NCBI GenBank assembly: GCA_045568115.1
Contig: JBJLBO010000005.1
Location: forward strand, 319,468 to 383,467
Length of the DNA stretch: 64,000 bases
Reading direction: 5' to 3'
From: Candidatus Thalassarchaeaceae archaeon
GTDB lineage: Archaea > Thermoplasmatota > Poseidoniia > Poseidoniales > Thalassarchaeaceae
Below are positions 48,901-59,889 of the stretch, piece by piece; positions within the stretch are counted from its first letter, which is position 1, and each line of letters opens with the position of its first letter. Position numbers and translations under genes: made by a program. The notes beneath the pieces were generated by a model. The model was not told where the DNA came from. It saw nothing but the letters and a program-made list of their open reading frames with translations, and made no database searches.

Positions 48901-49536
48901 TCAGTGTGACTCCAACCAACTCGGATTCGGAGCATAATGAGTCTCGATACCACCGTGAATTCGCTCTAATTTCCCTAGTAACCAAAGCCTATCTAGAAAC
49001 ATTTGTAGATCTATTCCAGAACGATTTATTTTCTCACCAATCAGGGCCTCTATAGAGCTAACTGCCAATGATGTATGACCATGTTCCCTAACCACTAAAG
49101 TCAAAATTAGTTGAATCCAAGCTTCAGCATGAGGATCACCCGAAATATTGTCCGACAGAGGTTCTGGATTCTCCTCTAGTTCATCGAGAAAAATACTAAT
49201 TTCAGATAGGTCTGGCTCCGTTCTATCGGGAACGCCAATTGCCTCCATTCCAGCATTAATATCCAAATCGCCAACAACTCTGACAATTGATGGTAATCTA
49301 CTAGGATCAGGCGGAGGTCCTGGTAATTCTATTTCCTTCTTTGAATCTGATTCTTGAGCACTCCCTATCTCGCGATTTGAAACTTCTTGGACAAATCCGA
49401 TGTCACCTTCCATACCAATTCTTTCTCGGTAAAGATTGACCCAAGAAGGAGGTCCTTGGATAACTACCTCGACATCATGCTCGTTTGAGCGGAATGAGAA
49501 ACGGATGTTGTCTTCGTCAGTCACGTATTCACCCAC
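48901..49536 (-). CDS. Hypothetical acidic protein (211 aa), 20 bp downstream of acnA on the same strand
   Basis: ORF only; no recognisable motif. Confidence 0.4.
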   Translation of the reverse strand: MGEYVTDEDNIRFSFRSNEHDVEVVIQGPPSWVNLYRERIGMEGDIGFVQEVSNREIGSAQESDSKKEIELPGPPPDPSRLPSIVRVVGDLDINAGMEAIGVPDRTEPDLSEISIFLDELEENPEPLSDNISGDPHAEAWIQLILTLVVREHGHTSLAVSSIEALIGEKINRSGIDLQMFLDRLWLLGKLERIHGGIETHYAPNPSWLESH

Positions 49537-49556
49537 TGCGTCTAATGATTTGAACT

Positions 49557-52283
49557 TCAGTATTGAGCAAGATTGCGAAGAACTGTCTGGAGAATGCCTC
49601 CATTTCGATAATAATCCACTTCAACGGGAGTATCTAGACGAACTGTTGCTTCAAATTCGACAGCCTCGCCACTTTGCTTTGTGGCTGTCACAGTAATACT
49701 CGAAAGTGGTTCCAAATTAGCATGCGAAGGAATATCAAAAGATTCACTTCCATCCAATCCAAGCGAGTCAGCATTTTCCCCATTGGGGAATGTTAGTGGG
49801 AGTACACCCATACCAACTAAATTCGAGCGATGTATCCTCTCAAATGAGGTAGCAATAACTGCCTTAACGCCTAGCAACAAGGTCCCCTTGGCTGCCCAAT
49901 CTCTACTACTGCCCGTCCCATACTGAGTTCCTGCAAGAACGACTAGGGGTGTACCAACTTCTTGATATCTCATACTAGCATCAAATACTGAGGTCACCTC
50001 ATTAGTTGGGAAATAGGTAGTGAATCCTCCTTCGGTACCAGATGCGATTTGATTACGAATTCGGACATTAGCGAATGTTCCTCGCATCATTACTTCATGA
50101 TTTCCACGACGACTACCAAAGGAATTGAAATCACGTGGCTCTACTCCCTTGGAGATGAGATATTGGCCGGCTGGGCCATGATGAGGAAATGCACCAGCCG
50201 GACTAATGTGATCGGTGGTTACCGAGTCTCCCAACTTGAGCAGCACCTTGGCTTGGTGAATCGACTCAATCGGGGCTGGTTCCGCCTCGATGCCTTCGAA
50301 GAAGGATGGAAGTCGAACGTAAGTGGATTCCTTGGCCCAAGGGTATAGCGCTGACTGGGAACTACTGATGGCATCCCAGCGCGGCTCTTCGAGCACGTCT
50401 GCATAGCGCCGACGGAACATTTCCGGATCGATTGAGGTAGCGATGGTGGCTTGGATTTCAGCATCACTAGGCCAAATGTCAGATAGCATTACCGGCGAAC
50501 CTTCGACTGTGTGTCCAAGTGGATCACTTCCGAAGTCGATGTCAAGAGTTCCCGCGATTGCGTAAGCGACGACAAGGGGTGGGCTAGCGAGATAGTTTGC
50601 CTTGACTTTCTGATGGATTCTTCCCTCGAAATTGCGATTTCCCGAGAGAACACTACCGACGATCAGGTCAGCCTCATCGATAGCATCCTCGATGTCGGCA
50701 TCGAGCGGTCCTGAATTACCGATACAGGTTGTGCAGCCATAGCCGACAACGCTGAATCCGAGCGCATCGAGATCCTCGGTCAGGCCCGCCGCATCGAAGT
50801 ATTCTGTAACAACACGAGAACCCGGTGCCAAGCTAGGCTTGACAGCGGGAGCAATCGAAAGTCCTGCTGCACGCGCGTTGCGAGCGAGCAATCCAGCAGC
50901 AATCATCACACTCGGATTACTCGTATTCGTACAACTGGTTATGGCCGCGATGACAATGTCACCGTGCCCGAGGTCGAAGCCTCGATCACCAACAGTAGTC
51001 GAGGTGTCATTCTGTGTCGAATCGACCCCATGGCCGCTATGGCCTACAGGTGCGTTCAGACTCTGTCTCCAATGTGATTTCATTGCCGACAAATCGACTC
51101 TATCTTGAGGTCGTTTAGGTCCAGCCAGAGCAGGTTCCACTGTCGAGAGATCAAGGGAGAGTGAGGAGGTGAAGGAAGGGGTCGGAGTAGCCTCGCTGTG
51201 GAACAATCCCTGAGCACTGAGATAGCGCTTCACATCCTCGATATGCGACTCATCACGACCTGATAATCGCATGTAATCCAGCGCCGTTTCATCAACTGGG
51301 AAAAAGCCGCATGTCGCCCCATATTCAGGCGCCATATTGGCGATTGTTGCTCGGTCTGGTAGACTCAAATTGGCAAGTCCAGAACCGTGGAATTCAACGA
51401 ATTTTCCGACGACTCCGTGCTCGCGAAGCATCTCTACGATTCGCAGGGTCATGTCGGTTGCAGTAACACCTGGACGCAAAGAGCCGGTCAGCTCGAATCC
51501 GCAGACTTCTGGTAGCAGCATGTAAATCGGCTGACCAAGCATCACGGCCTCAGCCTCGATTCCCCCAACGCCCCAACCGAGAACACCGAGTCCGTTGATC
51601 ATCGTCGTGTGGCTATCGGTACCAACTAGCGTATCCGGCAGCCATACTCCATCCTCCTCGCGCGCGACACTTGCAATCCATTCCAGATTCACCTGATGTA
51701 CAATACCACGACCAGGAGGAACAGCGCGGAAATTGTCCAAACTCTGCTGACCCCACTTGAGAAATTGATAGCGCTCCATATTGCGCTGATACTCGATCTC
51801 TAAATTGCGCTCGCGTGCGTCTGGAAATAGACCAGAAACATCGACTTGAACGGAATGATCGATTACAAGATCAACAGGGACTTGGGGGTTGACCCTCTCC
51901 GGATCTCCACCTAATTCGACCATTGCATCGCGCAGAGCAGCGATATCAACAACTGCAGGAACTCCTGTAAAATCCTGAAGAATCACTCTACTAGGAGCGA
52001 ATGGAATCTCTTCAGGAGTCATGTTAGGTGACCAAGAAGCGATCCGCTTCACATCATCCTTGGTTACTAAAAAACCGTCACACTTGCGCAGAGCGGCTTC
52101 AAGCAATAATCGAATTGTGAATGGTAATTCATCAAGTTTGCAGATGCCTTCTTTTTCTAAAACAGAAAGAGCATGATACTTCGATAAAGAGCCATCTTGC
52201 TTCTCAAAATTAGCAATTGAATCGAAGCCTGCGCCCTCGCTCATAACAGCACCCGTGGAATGACCGGCGAGGGCTCCCTCCAT
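49557..52283 (-). CDS. acnA: aconitate hydratase (AcnA/IRP type)
   Basis: It is 908 aa with Fe-S cluster Cys motifs ([18 protein letters not shown]) and a swivel domain ([14 protein letters not shown]). Confidence 0.9.
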   Translation of the reverse strand: MEGALAGHSTGAVMSEGAGFDSIANFEKQDGSLSKYHALSVLEKEGICKLDELPFTIRLLLEAALRKCDGFLVTKDDVKRIASWSPNMTPEEIPFAPSRVILQDFTGVPAVVDIAALRDAMVELGGDPERVNPQVPVDLVIDHSVQVDVSGLFPDARERNLEIEYQRNMERYQFLKWGQQSLDNFRAVPPGRGIVHQVNLEWIASVAREEDGVWLPDTLVGTDSHTTMINGLGVLGWGVGGIEAEAVMLGQPIYMLLPEVCGFELTGSLRPGVTATDMTLRIVEMLREHGVVGKFVEFHGSGLANLSLPDRATIANMAPEYGATCGFFPVDETALDYMRLSGRDESHIEDVKRYLSAQGLFHSEATPTPSFTSSLSLDLSTVEPALAGPKRPQDRVDLSAMKSHWRQSLNAPVGHSGHGVDSTQNDTSTTVGDRGFDLGHGDIVIAAITSCTNTSNPSVMIAAGLLARNARAAGLSIAPAVKPSLAPGSRVVTEYFDAAGLTEDLDALGFSVVGYGCTTCIGNSGPLDADIEDAIDEADLIVGSVLSGNRNFEGRIHQKVKANYLASPPLVVAYAIAGTLDIDFGSDPLGHTVEGSPVMLSDIWPSDAEIQATIATSIDPEMFRRRYADVLEEPRWDAISSSQSALYPWAKESTYVRLPSFFEGIEAEPAPIESIHQAKVLLKLGDSVTTDHISPAGAFPHHGPAGQYLISKGVEPRDFNSFGSRRGNHEVMMRGTFANVRIRNQIASGTEGGFTTYFPTNEVTSVFDASMRYQEVGTPLVVLAGTQYGTGSSRDWAAKGTLLLGVKAVIATSFERIHRSNLVGMGVLPLTFPNGENADSLGLDGSESFDIPSHANLEPLSSITVTATKQSGEAVEFEATVRLDTPVEVDYYRNGGILQTVLRNLAQY

Positions 52284-52334
52284 GAACCTTAGTCCACAAG
52301 AGGAACAAGAGAAAGTGCGCTATCTCAGTCACAA

Positions 52335-53453
52335 TCAATTACGAGTGACACTAATCAAACGAACATCATCTACTGGTCCGTCACCAGGACCAGTTTCTAC
52401 TTCGCTGATAGCATCGACTACATCTTGTCCAGAAACTACCTTTCCGAAGACAGTGTGGCACGAAGATGTGCTACAATCCTTTCCATCTTCCCAATCTAAA
52501 TGGCTAGGCGTGGAGTCTGAAGGCACAATGTAGAACTGGCTACCATCTGTGTTTAGACCGGCGTGGGCTGCTGCAAGAGCACCAGGTCCATGCTTGAGAC
52601 CATTTTCATGCTCACCAGGGATAGTCCAACCTTTCAAATCACAAGAAGTTGAAGTATATGGCTCGCCAGCTCCATTTGCAGTATTACCATTACAATAACC
52701 AAACCATTGTCCAGAATAACCACCACCTCCATTAAGATGTTCGATATCTCCTCCTTGAATCATAAAGCCATCAATTACTCTATGGAATGCAGTTGAGTCA
52801 TAACGGAAATTATCTACATGAGAGAGGAAGCTCTCAACATGTTTTGGAGCATCATCAGGATACAACTCAATCACAATAGATTCCTCAACCCGACTGTCTG
52901 GATTATCCGGATGAATATATGAGACCTCCATTGTCACGAATATTGATTCAGATGCAGGTTCATTTTCAATAGCATCGCCAGTAAATTTGAAAGCAACTAG
53001 GAAGACAAGAATAAACCCAACAATTGCAATTACACCAAGTGGAGTAGGGCTACCATCATCCAGTATCTGAAAACCCTTACCAAGAGAAATTGCTTCCTCA
53101 TCCATCATGGAGGCTAGTCGATTCATATCTCTTCGAATATCTTTACTTCCTGAGTCCATTTTCAATGCTTTTTGATAATTCTTGTGTGCAGCCTGCCAAT
53201 GCTTCTTTCGGTTGGCTGGATCGCTCTCACCTCTAGAAATATATGCATTGGCTGCCGCAGATAGAACTCTAGCCTTATGTGAATTAGTTTTTGTAGCGTC
53301 CCAAGCCGTGTCTCGAAGTACTCCAAGGGCCTTTTCTGAATCGCCTGAATCAACTAGTTTCTTGGCCATATCAAGAGCAGCTTGCAAGTCGCTCGGCAGT
53401 GGAGGCATGAGGTTCGCGAACACGCACCCCTTGAAAACCGCAACGGATAGCAA
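52335..53453 (-). CDS. Cyclophilin-type peptidyl-prolyl cis-trans isomerase with an N-terminal helical/TPR-like region and a TM anchor
   Basis: The cyclophilin core is FHRVIDGFMIQGGD...GSQFYIV...TVFGKVVSGQDVVDAI. The TM helix is VIAIVGFILVFLVAF. Confidence 0.75.
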   Translation of the reverse strand: MLSVAVFKGCVFANLMPPLPSDLQAALDMAKKLVDSGDSEKALGVLRDTAWDATKTNSHKARVLSAAANAYISRGESDPANRKKHWQAAHKNYQKALKMDSGSKDIRRDMNRLASMMDEEAISLGKGFQILDDGSPTPLGVIAIVGFILVFLVAFKFTGDAIENEPASESIFVTMEVSYIHPDNPDSRVEESIVIELYPDDAPKHVESFLSHVDNFRYDSTAFHRVIDGFMIQGGDIEHLNGGGGYSGQWFGYCNGNTANGAGEPYTSTSCDLKGWTIPGEHENGLKHGPGALAAAHAGLNTDGSQFYIVPSDSTPSHLDWEDGKDCSTSSCHTVFGKVVSGQDVVDAISEVETGPGDGPVDDVRLISVTRN

Positions 53454-53568
53454 ATCCTCACTCGATGAGGAATTATCAGACGGGAACGGCTAAGACCATA
53501 ATTCACTCGCAGCAGATTGCATAAGTACCCCGCCTGTGCATTGAGACCCCCTGGAGACACCGAAAAAG

Positions 53569-55365
53569 ATGGCTCAGATTGTCAATGATTTCACAGTCAA
53601 TATCGCAACTGCAAATGGAACCGGTTCTCAATCGGCGAACTTAATTCTGCTAAACTCAATGTTTGAAATGGGAGTTTCCGTAAGTGGAAAAAACCTCTTT
53701 CCAAGCAATATTTCGGGCCTTCCAACATGGTTCATTATCCGCGCTAGTGATGCGGGTTATCAGGCCCCAGGCGACAATACTCACATTCAGATTGTGATGA
53801 ATAAAGACACATGGATGGCAGATGTAGAAAAGGCCGAATCGGGGACTATAATTATCTACAATCAAGATGTCAAACTTCCAATTGAACGTGATGATTGTAC
53901 TGTTCTTGGCATGCCAATGACAAAAATGGCTCGTTCGATAAATCCTAAACTGGCTCGATTGATGGCAAATATGTACTACGTAGGGGGTTTAGCCGAAATT
54001 CTTGGTATTGATTCTGAGGCAATTCATTCAGCGGTAACCCAGCAATTCAAGGGCAAAGAAAAGGCGATTGAACTCAATATGCAGGCCATTGGGGAAGGTC
54101 GAACATTTGCTAGAGAGAATTGGGACTGCAATATTGCACATGTAGTTGAGGCTCGAGAAAAGAATCCAAACACATACCTAATCGATGGTAATGAGGCTAC
54201 TGCGCTAGGATGTATATTTGGTGGAGTTAACATGCTTTCTTGGTATCCAATTACTCCATCTTCATCACTTGCTGAATCTATAATCGGTTGGATTCCGAAA
54301 ATACGAACTGGAGATGACGGAGGGGCTACCTGTGCAGTCATTCAGGCTGAGGATGAATTAGCCGCTGCTGGAATGGTGATTGGAGCAGGATGGGCTGGTG
54401 GTCGAGGTATGACCTGTACTAGTGGACCTGGAATTTCTCTAATGTCTGAATTCATTGGACTTGCATACTTTGCAGAAGTACCTGGAGTAATTTGGGATGT
54501 CAATCGGGTTGGTCCTTCAACAGGACTACCCACTCGTACTCAACAAGCAGACTTGACCTTGCTTTACGAGGCAAGTCATGGTGACACGCAACATATCGTC
54601 TTGATTCCTGGAACCGTCGACGAATGCTTTGAATATGGATGGAAGGCTTTTGATTACGCTGAGAGATTTCAGACTCTCGTCTTTGGATTCAGTGATTTAG
54701 ATCTAGGGATGAACCAGTGGGTTACGGCAGGATTTGAGTACCCTGAACTCCCACTTGACAGAGGAAAGGTATTGCGCACTCAGAAGGAACTGGATGCTAT
54801 AGAAAACTTCGGACGCTACCGAGATGTTGATGGTGATGGAATACCATACAGAACACTACCTGGAAGCGGACTTGAACCTATTCTTTACCGAGGCACTGGT
54901 CATGATGAAGATGGTGTCTATTCAGAGGACCCTGCAGTCTACCATGCAACAGTCTCTCGACTAAAGCGAAAAATCGATGGGGCTCGAGATCTTCTTCCAG
55001 CACCTATTATTCGTAATGAGGAAGAAAGACAAATTGGAATTGTCTACTACGGTTCAGTTGAGAACTCTATCAAAGAGATTGATGACATCCTTGAGGCTAC
55101 TGGAATCAAGGTTAGTACCTGTAGAGTTCGTGCCTTACCATATCATTCAGAAGTTGAAAAATTTGTAGAGGAACATGAACAAATTGTTGTTCTTGAAGTA
55201 AATAGAGATGGTCAACTATACGGTATTCTACGAAAAGAAATGCCTACTGATCTACTCAACAAAATGTATTGTGTAGCATTTAGTGATGGAATGCCTCCTC
55301 GAGCACAAGTGTATGTTGACATGATACTAGAAACACTTGGAGTAACACAAGAGGTGAAGGCATGA
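53569..55365 (+). CDS. korA: 2-oxoacid:ferredoxin oxidoreductase alpha subunit (fused alpha/gamma domains)
   Basis: It has POR/OFOR domains (gamma-like N-terminus, then the alpha domain with GDGIPYRTLPGSG). It is 598 aa and is followed by an overlapping beta-subunit gene. Confidence 0.85.
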   Translation: MAQIVNDFTVNIATANGTGSQSANLILLNSMFEMGVSVSGKNLFPSNISGLPTWFIIRASDAGYQAPGDNTHIQIVMNKDTWMADVEKAESGTIIIYNQDVKLPIERDDCTVLGMPMTKMARSINPKLARLMANMYYVGGLAEILGIDSEAIHSAVTQQFKGKEKAIELNMQAIGEGRTFARENWDCNIAHVVEAREKNPNTYLIDGNEATALGCIFGGVNMLSWYPITPSSSLAESIIGWIPKIRTGDDGGATCAVIQAEDELAAAGMVIGAGWAGGRGMTCTSGPGISLMSEFIGLAYFAEVPGVIWDVNRVGPSTGLPTRTQQADLTLLYEASHGDTQHIVLIPGTVDECFEYGWKAFDYAERFQTLVFGFSDLDLGMNQWVTAGFEYPELPLDRGKVLRTQKELDAIENFGRYRDVDGDGIPYRTLPGSGLEPILYRGTGHDEDGVYSEDPAVYHATVSRLKRKIDGARDLLPAPIIRNEEERQIGIVYYGSVENSIKEIDDILEATGIKVSTCRVRALPYHSEVEKFVEEHEQIVVLEVNRDGQLYGILRKEMPTDLLNKMYCVAFSDGMPPRAQVYVDMILETLGVTQEVKA

Positions 55366-56399
55366 GTCTCAGACCTATACAACTCAATGTCATTGACTTG
55401 CCTAAGGGCGATTATACAGGAGGGAAGTCTTCTCTCTGCCCTGGTTGTGGACATGACCAGATCTCAAACATCATCATTCAGGCGGCTTGGGAAAATGGAA
55501 TTGCTCCCGAAACTATTGCCAAGATGAGTGGAATCGGTTGCTCATCCAAAACTCCTGCATATTTCCTTGGCAAGTCTCATGGCTTCAATACAGTTCATGG
55601 AAGAATGCCTTCAGTAACTACTGGAGCAAATATGGTCAACAAGGACCTCACATTCATTGGAGTATCGGGTGACGGCGATACCGCTTCAATTGGAATAGGA
55701 CAATTTGTTCACGCAATTAGAAGAAATCTGAATATGGTCTACATTGTCGAAAACAATGGTGTTTACGGACTAACCAAGGGTCAGTACTCAGCAACAGTCG
55801 AAAAAGGATCTAAGAAAAAGAAAGGAATCACTAATGAAAATCCACCAATTGACCTCTGTAAGATGGCCATCAATCTTGGATGTGGATTTGTGGCACGGTC
55901 CTTCTCTGGAAGTAAGAAACAACTCACTGCACTGATGAGAGCCGCACTTTCACACAAAGGAATGGCTGTAATAGATGTAATTTCTCCATGTGTTACATTC
56001 GCCAATAATGATGAATCTTACAGATCATACAACTATGTCAAAGCCAATGATGATGAACTACATTCAGTAGATTACATTCCTCACTTCACTCCTGTTGAAG
56101 AAGTAGAAATTCCAGAAGGTGAGTTCAAGGATATCAAACTCTTCGATGGCTCTACACTACGACTTGAAACAATTGGAGATGACCACGACCCAAGTGATGC
56201 AGTTGCAGCTCTTGCAGCAATTCACGAAGCGGAGAAGGAAAACAGACACGTGACTGGTCTGTTACATTACAATTCAGAAATGAAAACCGCAGATGAGGCT
56301 CTTGATTTGACTCAAAAGCCACTCGTCGATTTAGCAGAAAATGAAATGCGACCTAGTAAGGATGTATTAGAGGAAATAAACAATTCATTCCGTGTTTAA
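55362..56399 (+). CDS. korB: 2-oxoacid:ferredoxin oxidoreductase beta subunit (TPP-binding)
   Basis: It has CPGCGHDQISNIIIQAAW (a Cys motif) and the TPP-binding GDGDTASIGIGQFVHAIRRN. Its start overlaps the korA stop (ATGA). Confidence 0.85.
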   Translation: MSLRPIQLNVIDLPKGDYTGGKSSLCPGCGHDQISNIIIQAAWENGIAPETIAKMSGIGCSSKTPAYFLGKSHGFNTVHGRMPSVTTGANMVNKDLTFIGVSGDGDTASIGIGQFVHAIRRNLNMVYIVENNGVYGLTKGQYSATVEKGSKKKKGITNENPPIDLCKMAINLGCGFVARSFSGSKKQLTALMRAALSHKGMAVIDVISPCVTFANNDESYRSYNYVKANDDELHSVDYIPHFTPVEEVEIPEGEFKDIKLFDGSTLRLETIGDDHDPSDAVAALAAIHEAEKENRHVTGLLHYNSEMKTADEALDLTQKPLVDLAENEMRPSKDVLEEINNSFRV

Positions 56400-56401
56400 G
56401 G

Positions 56402-56437
56402 CCTTTGAACCAAAGGACTAGTTAAGCGGTTTTGTTG
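56402..56437 (+). terminator. Candidate terminator after korB: hairpin CCTTTG-aac-CAAAGG followed by a TTTTGTTG run
   Basis: Read directly from the sequence, 2 bp after the korB TAA. Confidence 0.35.
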
Positions 56438-56466
56438 AAATAGAGAACCCTACTCGGTGAGTCGCT

Positions 56467-56542
56467 AGTCCCTTAGTGTAGCGGTCCATCATATGGCACT
56501 CTGGATGCCATGACCCTGGTTCAAATCCGGGAGGGACTACCA
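56467..56542 (+). tRNA. tRNA-Gln (anticodon CUG)
   Basis: The sequence is AGTCCCTTAGTGTAGCGGTCCATCATATGGCACTCTGGATGCCATGACCCTGGTTCAAATCCGGGAGGGACTACCA. It has a 7-bp acceptor stem, an anticodon loop CTCTGGA with U33 and G37, a GGTTCAAATCC T-arm and an encoded CCA. Confidence 0.7.
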
Positions 56543-56546
56543 ATAA

Positions 56547-56729
56547 TCATGGCAGCGCGCGGCTGAGAATTTTTGATGCGAAGGAAATCATCAGGATAAT
56601 CATGAACCAAGCCGTTGCATATTTCGCCCAAGGTGTAGGTTTCTTAGGTTCAGGAAACGGATCTATCCCCGCCTCGATAGCCTCTGCAAAGAGAGCTAAT
56701 TCCTCTTCAATAGTCTCAGGATCTCTCAT
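56547..56729 (-). CDS. Possible small membrane protein (60 aa, C-terminal TM helix)
   Basis: The ORF starts 9 bp downstream of the AKR gene stop, with a GAGGT motif 8 bp upstream. Its TM helix is WFMIILMISFASKIL. Confidence 0.3.
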   Translation of the reverse strand: MRDPETIEEELALFAEAIEAGIDPFPEPKKPTPWAKYATAWFMIILMISFASKILSRALP

Positions 56730-56738
56730 TTTCTAACC

Positions 56739-57590
56739 TCAGGGTTCTGCAGTTGGATTCCATCCAGAAACATAGACCTCGTCCATTCTTGCAAAGGATT
56801 TCTCAGTTCCACTAAGATCAATTGAAAGGCTAGCCAAATTCTCATCAATCCGAACCGAATTACTCGATTTAGGAATAGTAATTGATCCTGTATCGTATAC
56901 CCATTTTATTGCTGCTTGAGCAGGTGTGCAACCAATGGAATCTGATATTTGGGAGAGACTACCACAATCCAATTTATGACCGCGCGCAAGAGGTGAATAA
57001 GCCATGACCTTCGCTCCAATTCCTTCAGTAGCCGCTCTAAGGGCAGGTCGTTGATTCCACGGATGTAATTCAACCTGATTCACAGATGGGAGGATTGTAG
57101 CGTAGGCTCGCATATCATCGAGGTGATGTGCACCATAGTTACTCACACCTATTGCTCGAGTCCAACCTCGTGCGAGACACTCTTCCATACCCTTCCAAAC
57201 ACTGGCTCTCGCTTCGATATCTTCGGGAGGAGCATGGACAAGATACAAATCAAGACTGTCGAGGCCTAGCATATCGAGGCTGCTACGACAATGTTCCAAC
57301 GCAGACTCAAAACTTACTGCATGAGTTCGGCGTAATTTAGTAACCACGAAGATTTCATCTCGTGGAATTCCACTTTCTCTAATCGCCTCACCTGTCTCAT
57401 TTTCATTGGAATATGCACGGGCTGTGTCTATCAATCGATAACCGGACTGGATTGCATGAAGTACTGCTTTTCTACACTCTCCACCTTCTGACATCTGCCA
57501 GACTCCCAGACCAAATCTTGGCATCTCAATTTCATGCTCCATCTGCCCTGTTGCAACATTGGTGTGACCTAGAGTAACGGTCTCAAACAT
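56739..57590 (-). CDS. Aldo/keto reductase family oxidoreductase. The ORF is open upstream to 57698, but the start was placed at the internal ATG (Met37) as a judgement call.
   Basis: AKR motifs are present: MPRFGLGVWQM, YRLIDTARAYSNE, VVTKL, LDLYLVHAP and a C-terminal IPKSSNSVRIDENL. A start at 57590 gives the typical AKR N-terminus MFETVTLG. Confidence 0.75.
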   Translation of the reverse strand: MFETVTLGHTNVATGQMEHEIEMPRFGLGVWQMSEGGECRKAVLHAIQSGYRLIDTARAYSNENETGEAIRESGIPRDEIFVVTKLRRTHAVSFESALEHCRSSLDMLGLDSLDLYLVHAPPEDIEARASVWKGMEECLARGWTRAIGVSNYGAHHLDDMRAYATILPSVNQVELHPWNQRPALRAATEGIGAKVMAYSPLARGHKLDCGSLSQISDSIGCTPAQAAIKWVYDTGSITIPKSSNSVRIDENLASLSIDLSGTEKSFARMDEVYVSGWNPTAEP

Positions 57591-57665
57591 GAATGGCGCT
57601 CGGACAGGAGGGTCTTGAGTTTGACGCGAGGGCTGTATTGAAGCCCACAACCCCCTCGTGAGTTT

Positions 57666-59168
57666 GTGACTGAGTTGCCCGAGGGGGTTATTCTCCATAC
57701 AGGAAGTGTTGCTGAGCCGAGGCCATCGGCGGCTGCAGTTCTGAGCAGAGGAGATGGTGAGGGCCTCGAAATACTACTGTGTCATCGAGTTTCAGAGGTT
57801 CCAGCATTTCCAGATTTCTGGGCCTTCCCAGGTGGTGGAATTAGTAGGATAGATAGAGCGGCTGGAGAGGAAAATCCAGACTGGTTCATAGAAAGAGAAG
57901 ACCGCTTTTCAATGATTGCAATACTAAGAGAAATGGTTGAGGAAGTAGGTATTGCTCCAGATGGGAATGGCGGATTTTTTAATGTTGGAGAGAATCTTCA
58001 AAACCTAGTAAATTCAGATAAGTCAGAATGGACCAAACTTGTTGCCTCGGGAGAACTATCTGTTAGTGGATTTGAAGCGAATATAGTGTCACAGCGCACC
58101 ACACCTCCTCTTGCTCCAATTAGATTTTCAAATATTTTCTATCATGTCAGTTTAGGCACCTCGGAAGTGGAACCAACATTCCCAACTGGTCTTTCTGAAT
58201 TTGACGAATTTAGATGGTGGAAGCCAATTGAATTACTCAATTCATGGTTGGCAAACAAAGTCAGATTAGCTCCACCTCAAGTAACTCTGATTAGAGATAT
58301 TGTAGATTTAGGATTCGAGTCACTGGGAATCAATCCACCTAGTGGATATCACATAATCGAATTTGCACCAGGTGTTGAGTGTGTTCCACTTCCAACAACT
58401 ACCCTACCCCCCTCAACACATACTAATTGCTACGTTCTCGGTATCTCCGGAGGCCCTAGGATTCTAGTAGATCCTGCCGCTAGATCATCTGAATCTCTCA
58501 AAATTCTAGAAAATAAAGTATCAGAAATTCATGATTCTGGAAGTGAAATTATTGCTACTGTGTTCACACATAAACATCCGGATCATATAGGAAACCTTTC
58601 AGCAATCTCTCAATTTTATCAGGCTCCAATTTGGGCTAGTCAAGAAACGCTAGGGATTATTCCAAATTACGATTCAAACAAGGTAATTGAAGAAGGTGAC
58701 ACAATAAATCTAGATGGAATAATCTGGGATGTAATTGAGACACCTGGCCACTGCCCGGGACATATCTGCTTGGTAGGTGATGCGGGAATTATCAGTGGAG
58801 ACAACGCGGTTATGTTTGGGACCATACTAGTTCCTTCTTCAGATGGAGACATGAATGAATATCTTACTGGACTTGAAAGAATTCGCAGACTATCCCCCAC
58901 CTTGCTATTCCCCGCACATGGACCTTTGGTAGCCAATCCTGACAAACTTCTGACAAGATATATCAAACACAGGACGGCACGTCACTCAAGGGTTCTTGAT
59001 GCTGTGAAAAGTGGATTCAGCGATGTTAATTCAATTGCTAATAAGACCTATGAAGACACACCCGATGCACATCCTGCTCTAGCCTTAGACCAGACTATTT
59101 CACATTTGACCGCACTAGAAAAATCAGGGAATGTTTCTTCTGATAATGGCCTTTGGAGTGCAATTTGA
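57666..59168 (+). CDS. NUDIX hydrolase / metallo-beta-lactamase-fold fusion protein
   Basis: The Nudix box is GGGISRIDRAAGEENPDWFIEREDRFSMIAILREMVEEVGI (REx2EE). The MBL motif is HKHPDHIGN (HxHxDH), followed by ETPGHCPGHICL. Confidence 0.7.
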   Translation: MTELPEGVILHTGSVAEPRPSAAAVLSRGDGEGLEILLCHRVSEVPAFPDFWAFPGGGISRIDRAAGEENPDWFIEREDRFSMIAILREMVEEVGIAPDGNGGFFNVGENLQNLVNSDKSEWTKLVASGELSVSGFEANIVSQRTTPPLAPIRFSNIFYHVSLGTSEVEPTFPTGLSEFDEFRWWKPIELLNSWLANKVRLAPPQVTLIRDIVDLGFESLGINPPSGYHIIEFAPGVECVPLPTTTLPPSTHTNCYVLGISGGPRILVDPAARSSESLKILENKVSEIHDSGSEIIATVFTHKHPDHIGNLSAISQFYQAPIWASQETLGIIPNYDSNKVIEEGDTINLDGIIWDVIETPGHCPGHICLVGDAGIISGDNAVMFGTILVPSSDGDMNEYLTGLERIRRLSPTLLFPAHGPLVANPDKLLTRYIKHRTARHSRVLDAVKSGFSDVNSIANKTYEDTPDAHPALALDQTISHLTALEKSGNVSSDNGLWSAI

Positions 59169-59220
59169 AAGAAATATGTGCCGGGTCAAGGTTCAATACC
59201 CCCCGGTTATACGCAATTTC

Positions 59221-59889
59221 ATGGACCCGATACTGATAGGTGTCATAGTTTCTATTGTTCTGATTGGTTTGTGGTTTTTCGCCACCTACAATCGTCTAAT
59301 TGTAATGGAGCAAGAAGTTGAGAATGCATGGTCAAATATTGACGTTGTTCTACAAGAAAGATATGATTCCTTAGGAAACATGGCTCGCGCGGCTGAAGAC
59401 TTTGCCAAAGGTGTTGAAAAAGACCTGTTTGAGCAATTTGCTAAGGCACGAATGGCAGCAGCAACAGCATCACAAAATGGAAATGTCGCAGGGGTTAATG
59501 CTGCTGAAGGAATGATGGCAAGTATTCTTCCAAGGATTTCCTTGGTAGCAGAAGACCACCCTGATTTGACAGCAAGCCCACTTTATGCTAATGTTCAGGA
59601 AGAAATTGACGAACAGAATGAGAGGATAGCTGATCGTAGAGAAGCATACAATGCGAAAGTTCGCAATTGGAATGTCATCATTCGTCAAATCCCTTCTAAC
59701 TTTGTTGCAATGATAATGGGAGCAGAATCGAAAGACTACTTCGAAGCTACAAATACAGAGAATCCAGAACTCTTCGCACCAAATGCACGTGAATCAAGAC
59801 AAGAAGATGAACTTGACGAAATCGAGCATGAGATTGCGATGATTGAAGCGCAGAAGAAACTAGATGCTTTGAAGCGCGGCTCTAATTGA
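59221..59889 (+). CDS. lemA: LemA-family protein (N-terminal TM helix)
   Basis: The TM helix is ILIGVIVSIVLIGLWFF. The LemA core is NRLIVMEQEVENAWSNIDVVLQERYDSLGNMARAAEDFA. Confidence 0.75.
   Translation: MDPILIGVIVSIVLIGLWFFATYNRLIVMEQEVENAWSNIDVVLQERYDSLGNMARAAEDFAKGVEKDLFEQFAKARMAAATASQNGNVAGVNAAEGMMASILPRISLVAEDHPDLTASPLYANVQEEIDEQNERIADRREAYNAKVRNWNVIIRQIPSNFVAMIMGAESKDYFEATNTENPELFAPNARESRQEDELDEIEHEIAMIEAQKKLDALKRGSN

Noticed and set aside
56400-56546. Possible integrated element next to tRNA-Gln, and next to tRNA-Leu at 35732-35816
   Set aside because: There is no integrase, no direct-repeat duplication of the tRNA 3' end, and no gene-content break. Both tRNAs are simply intergenic.
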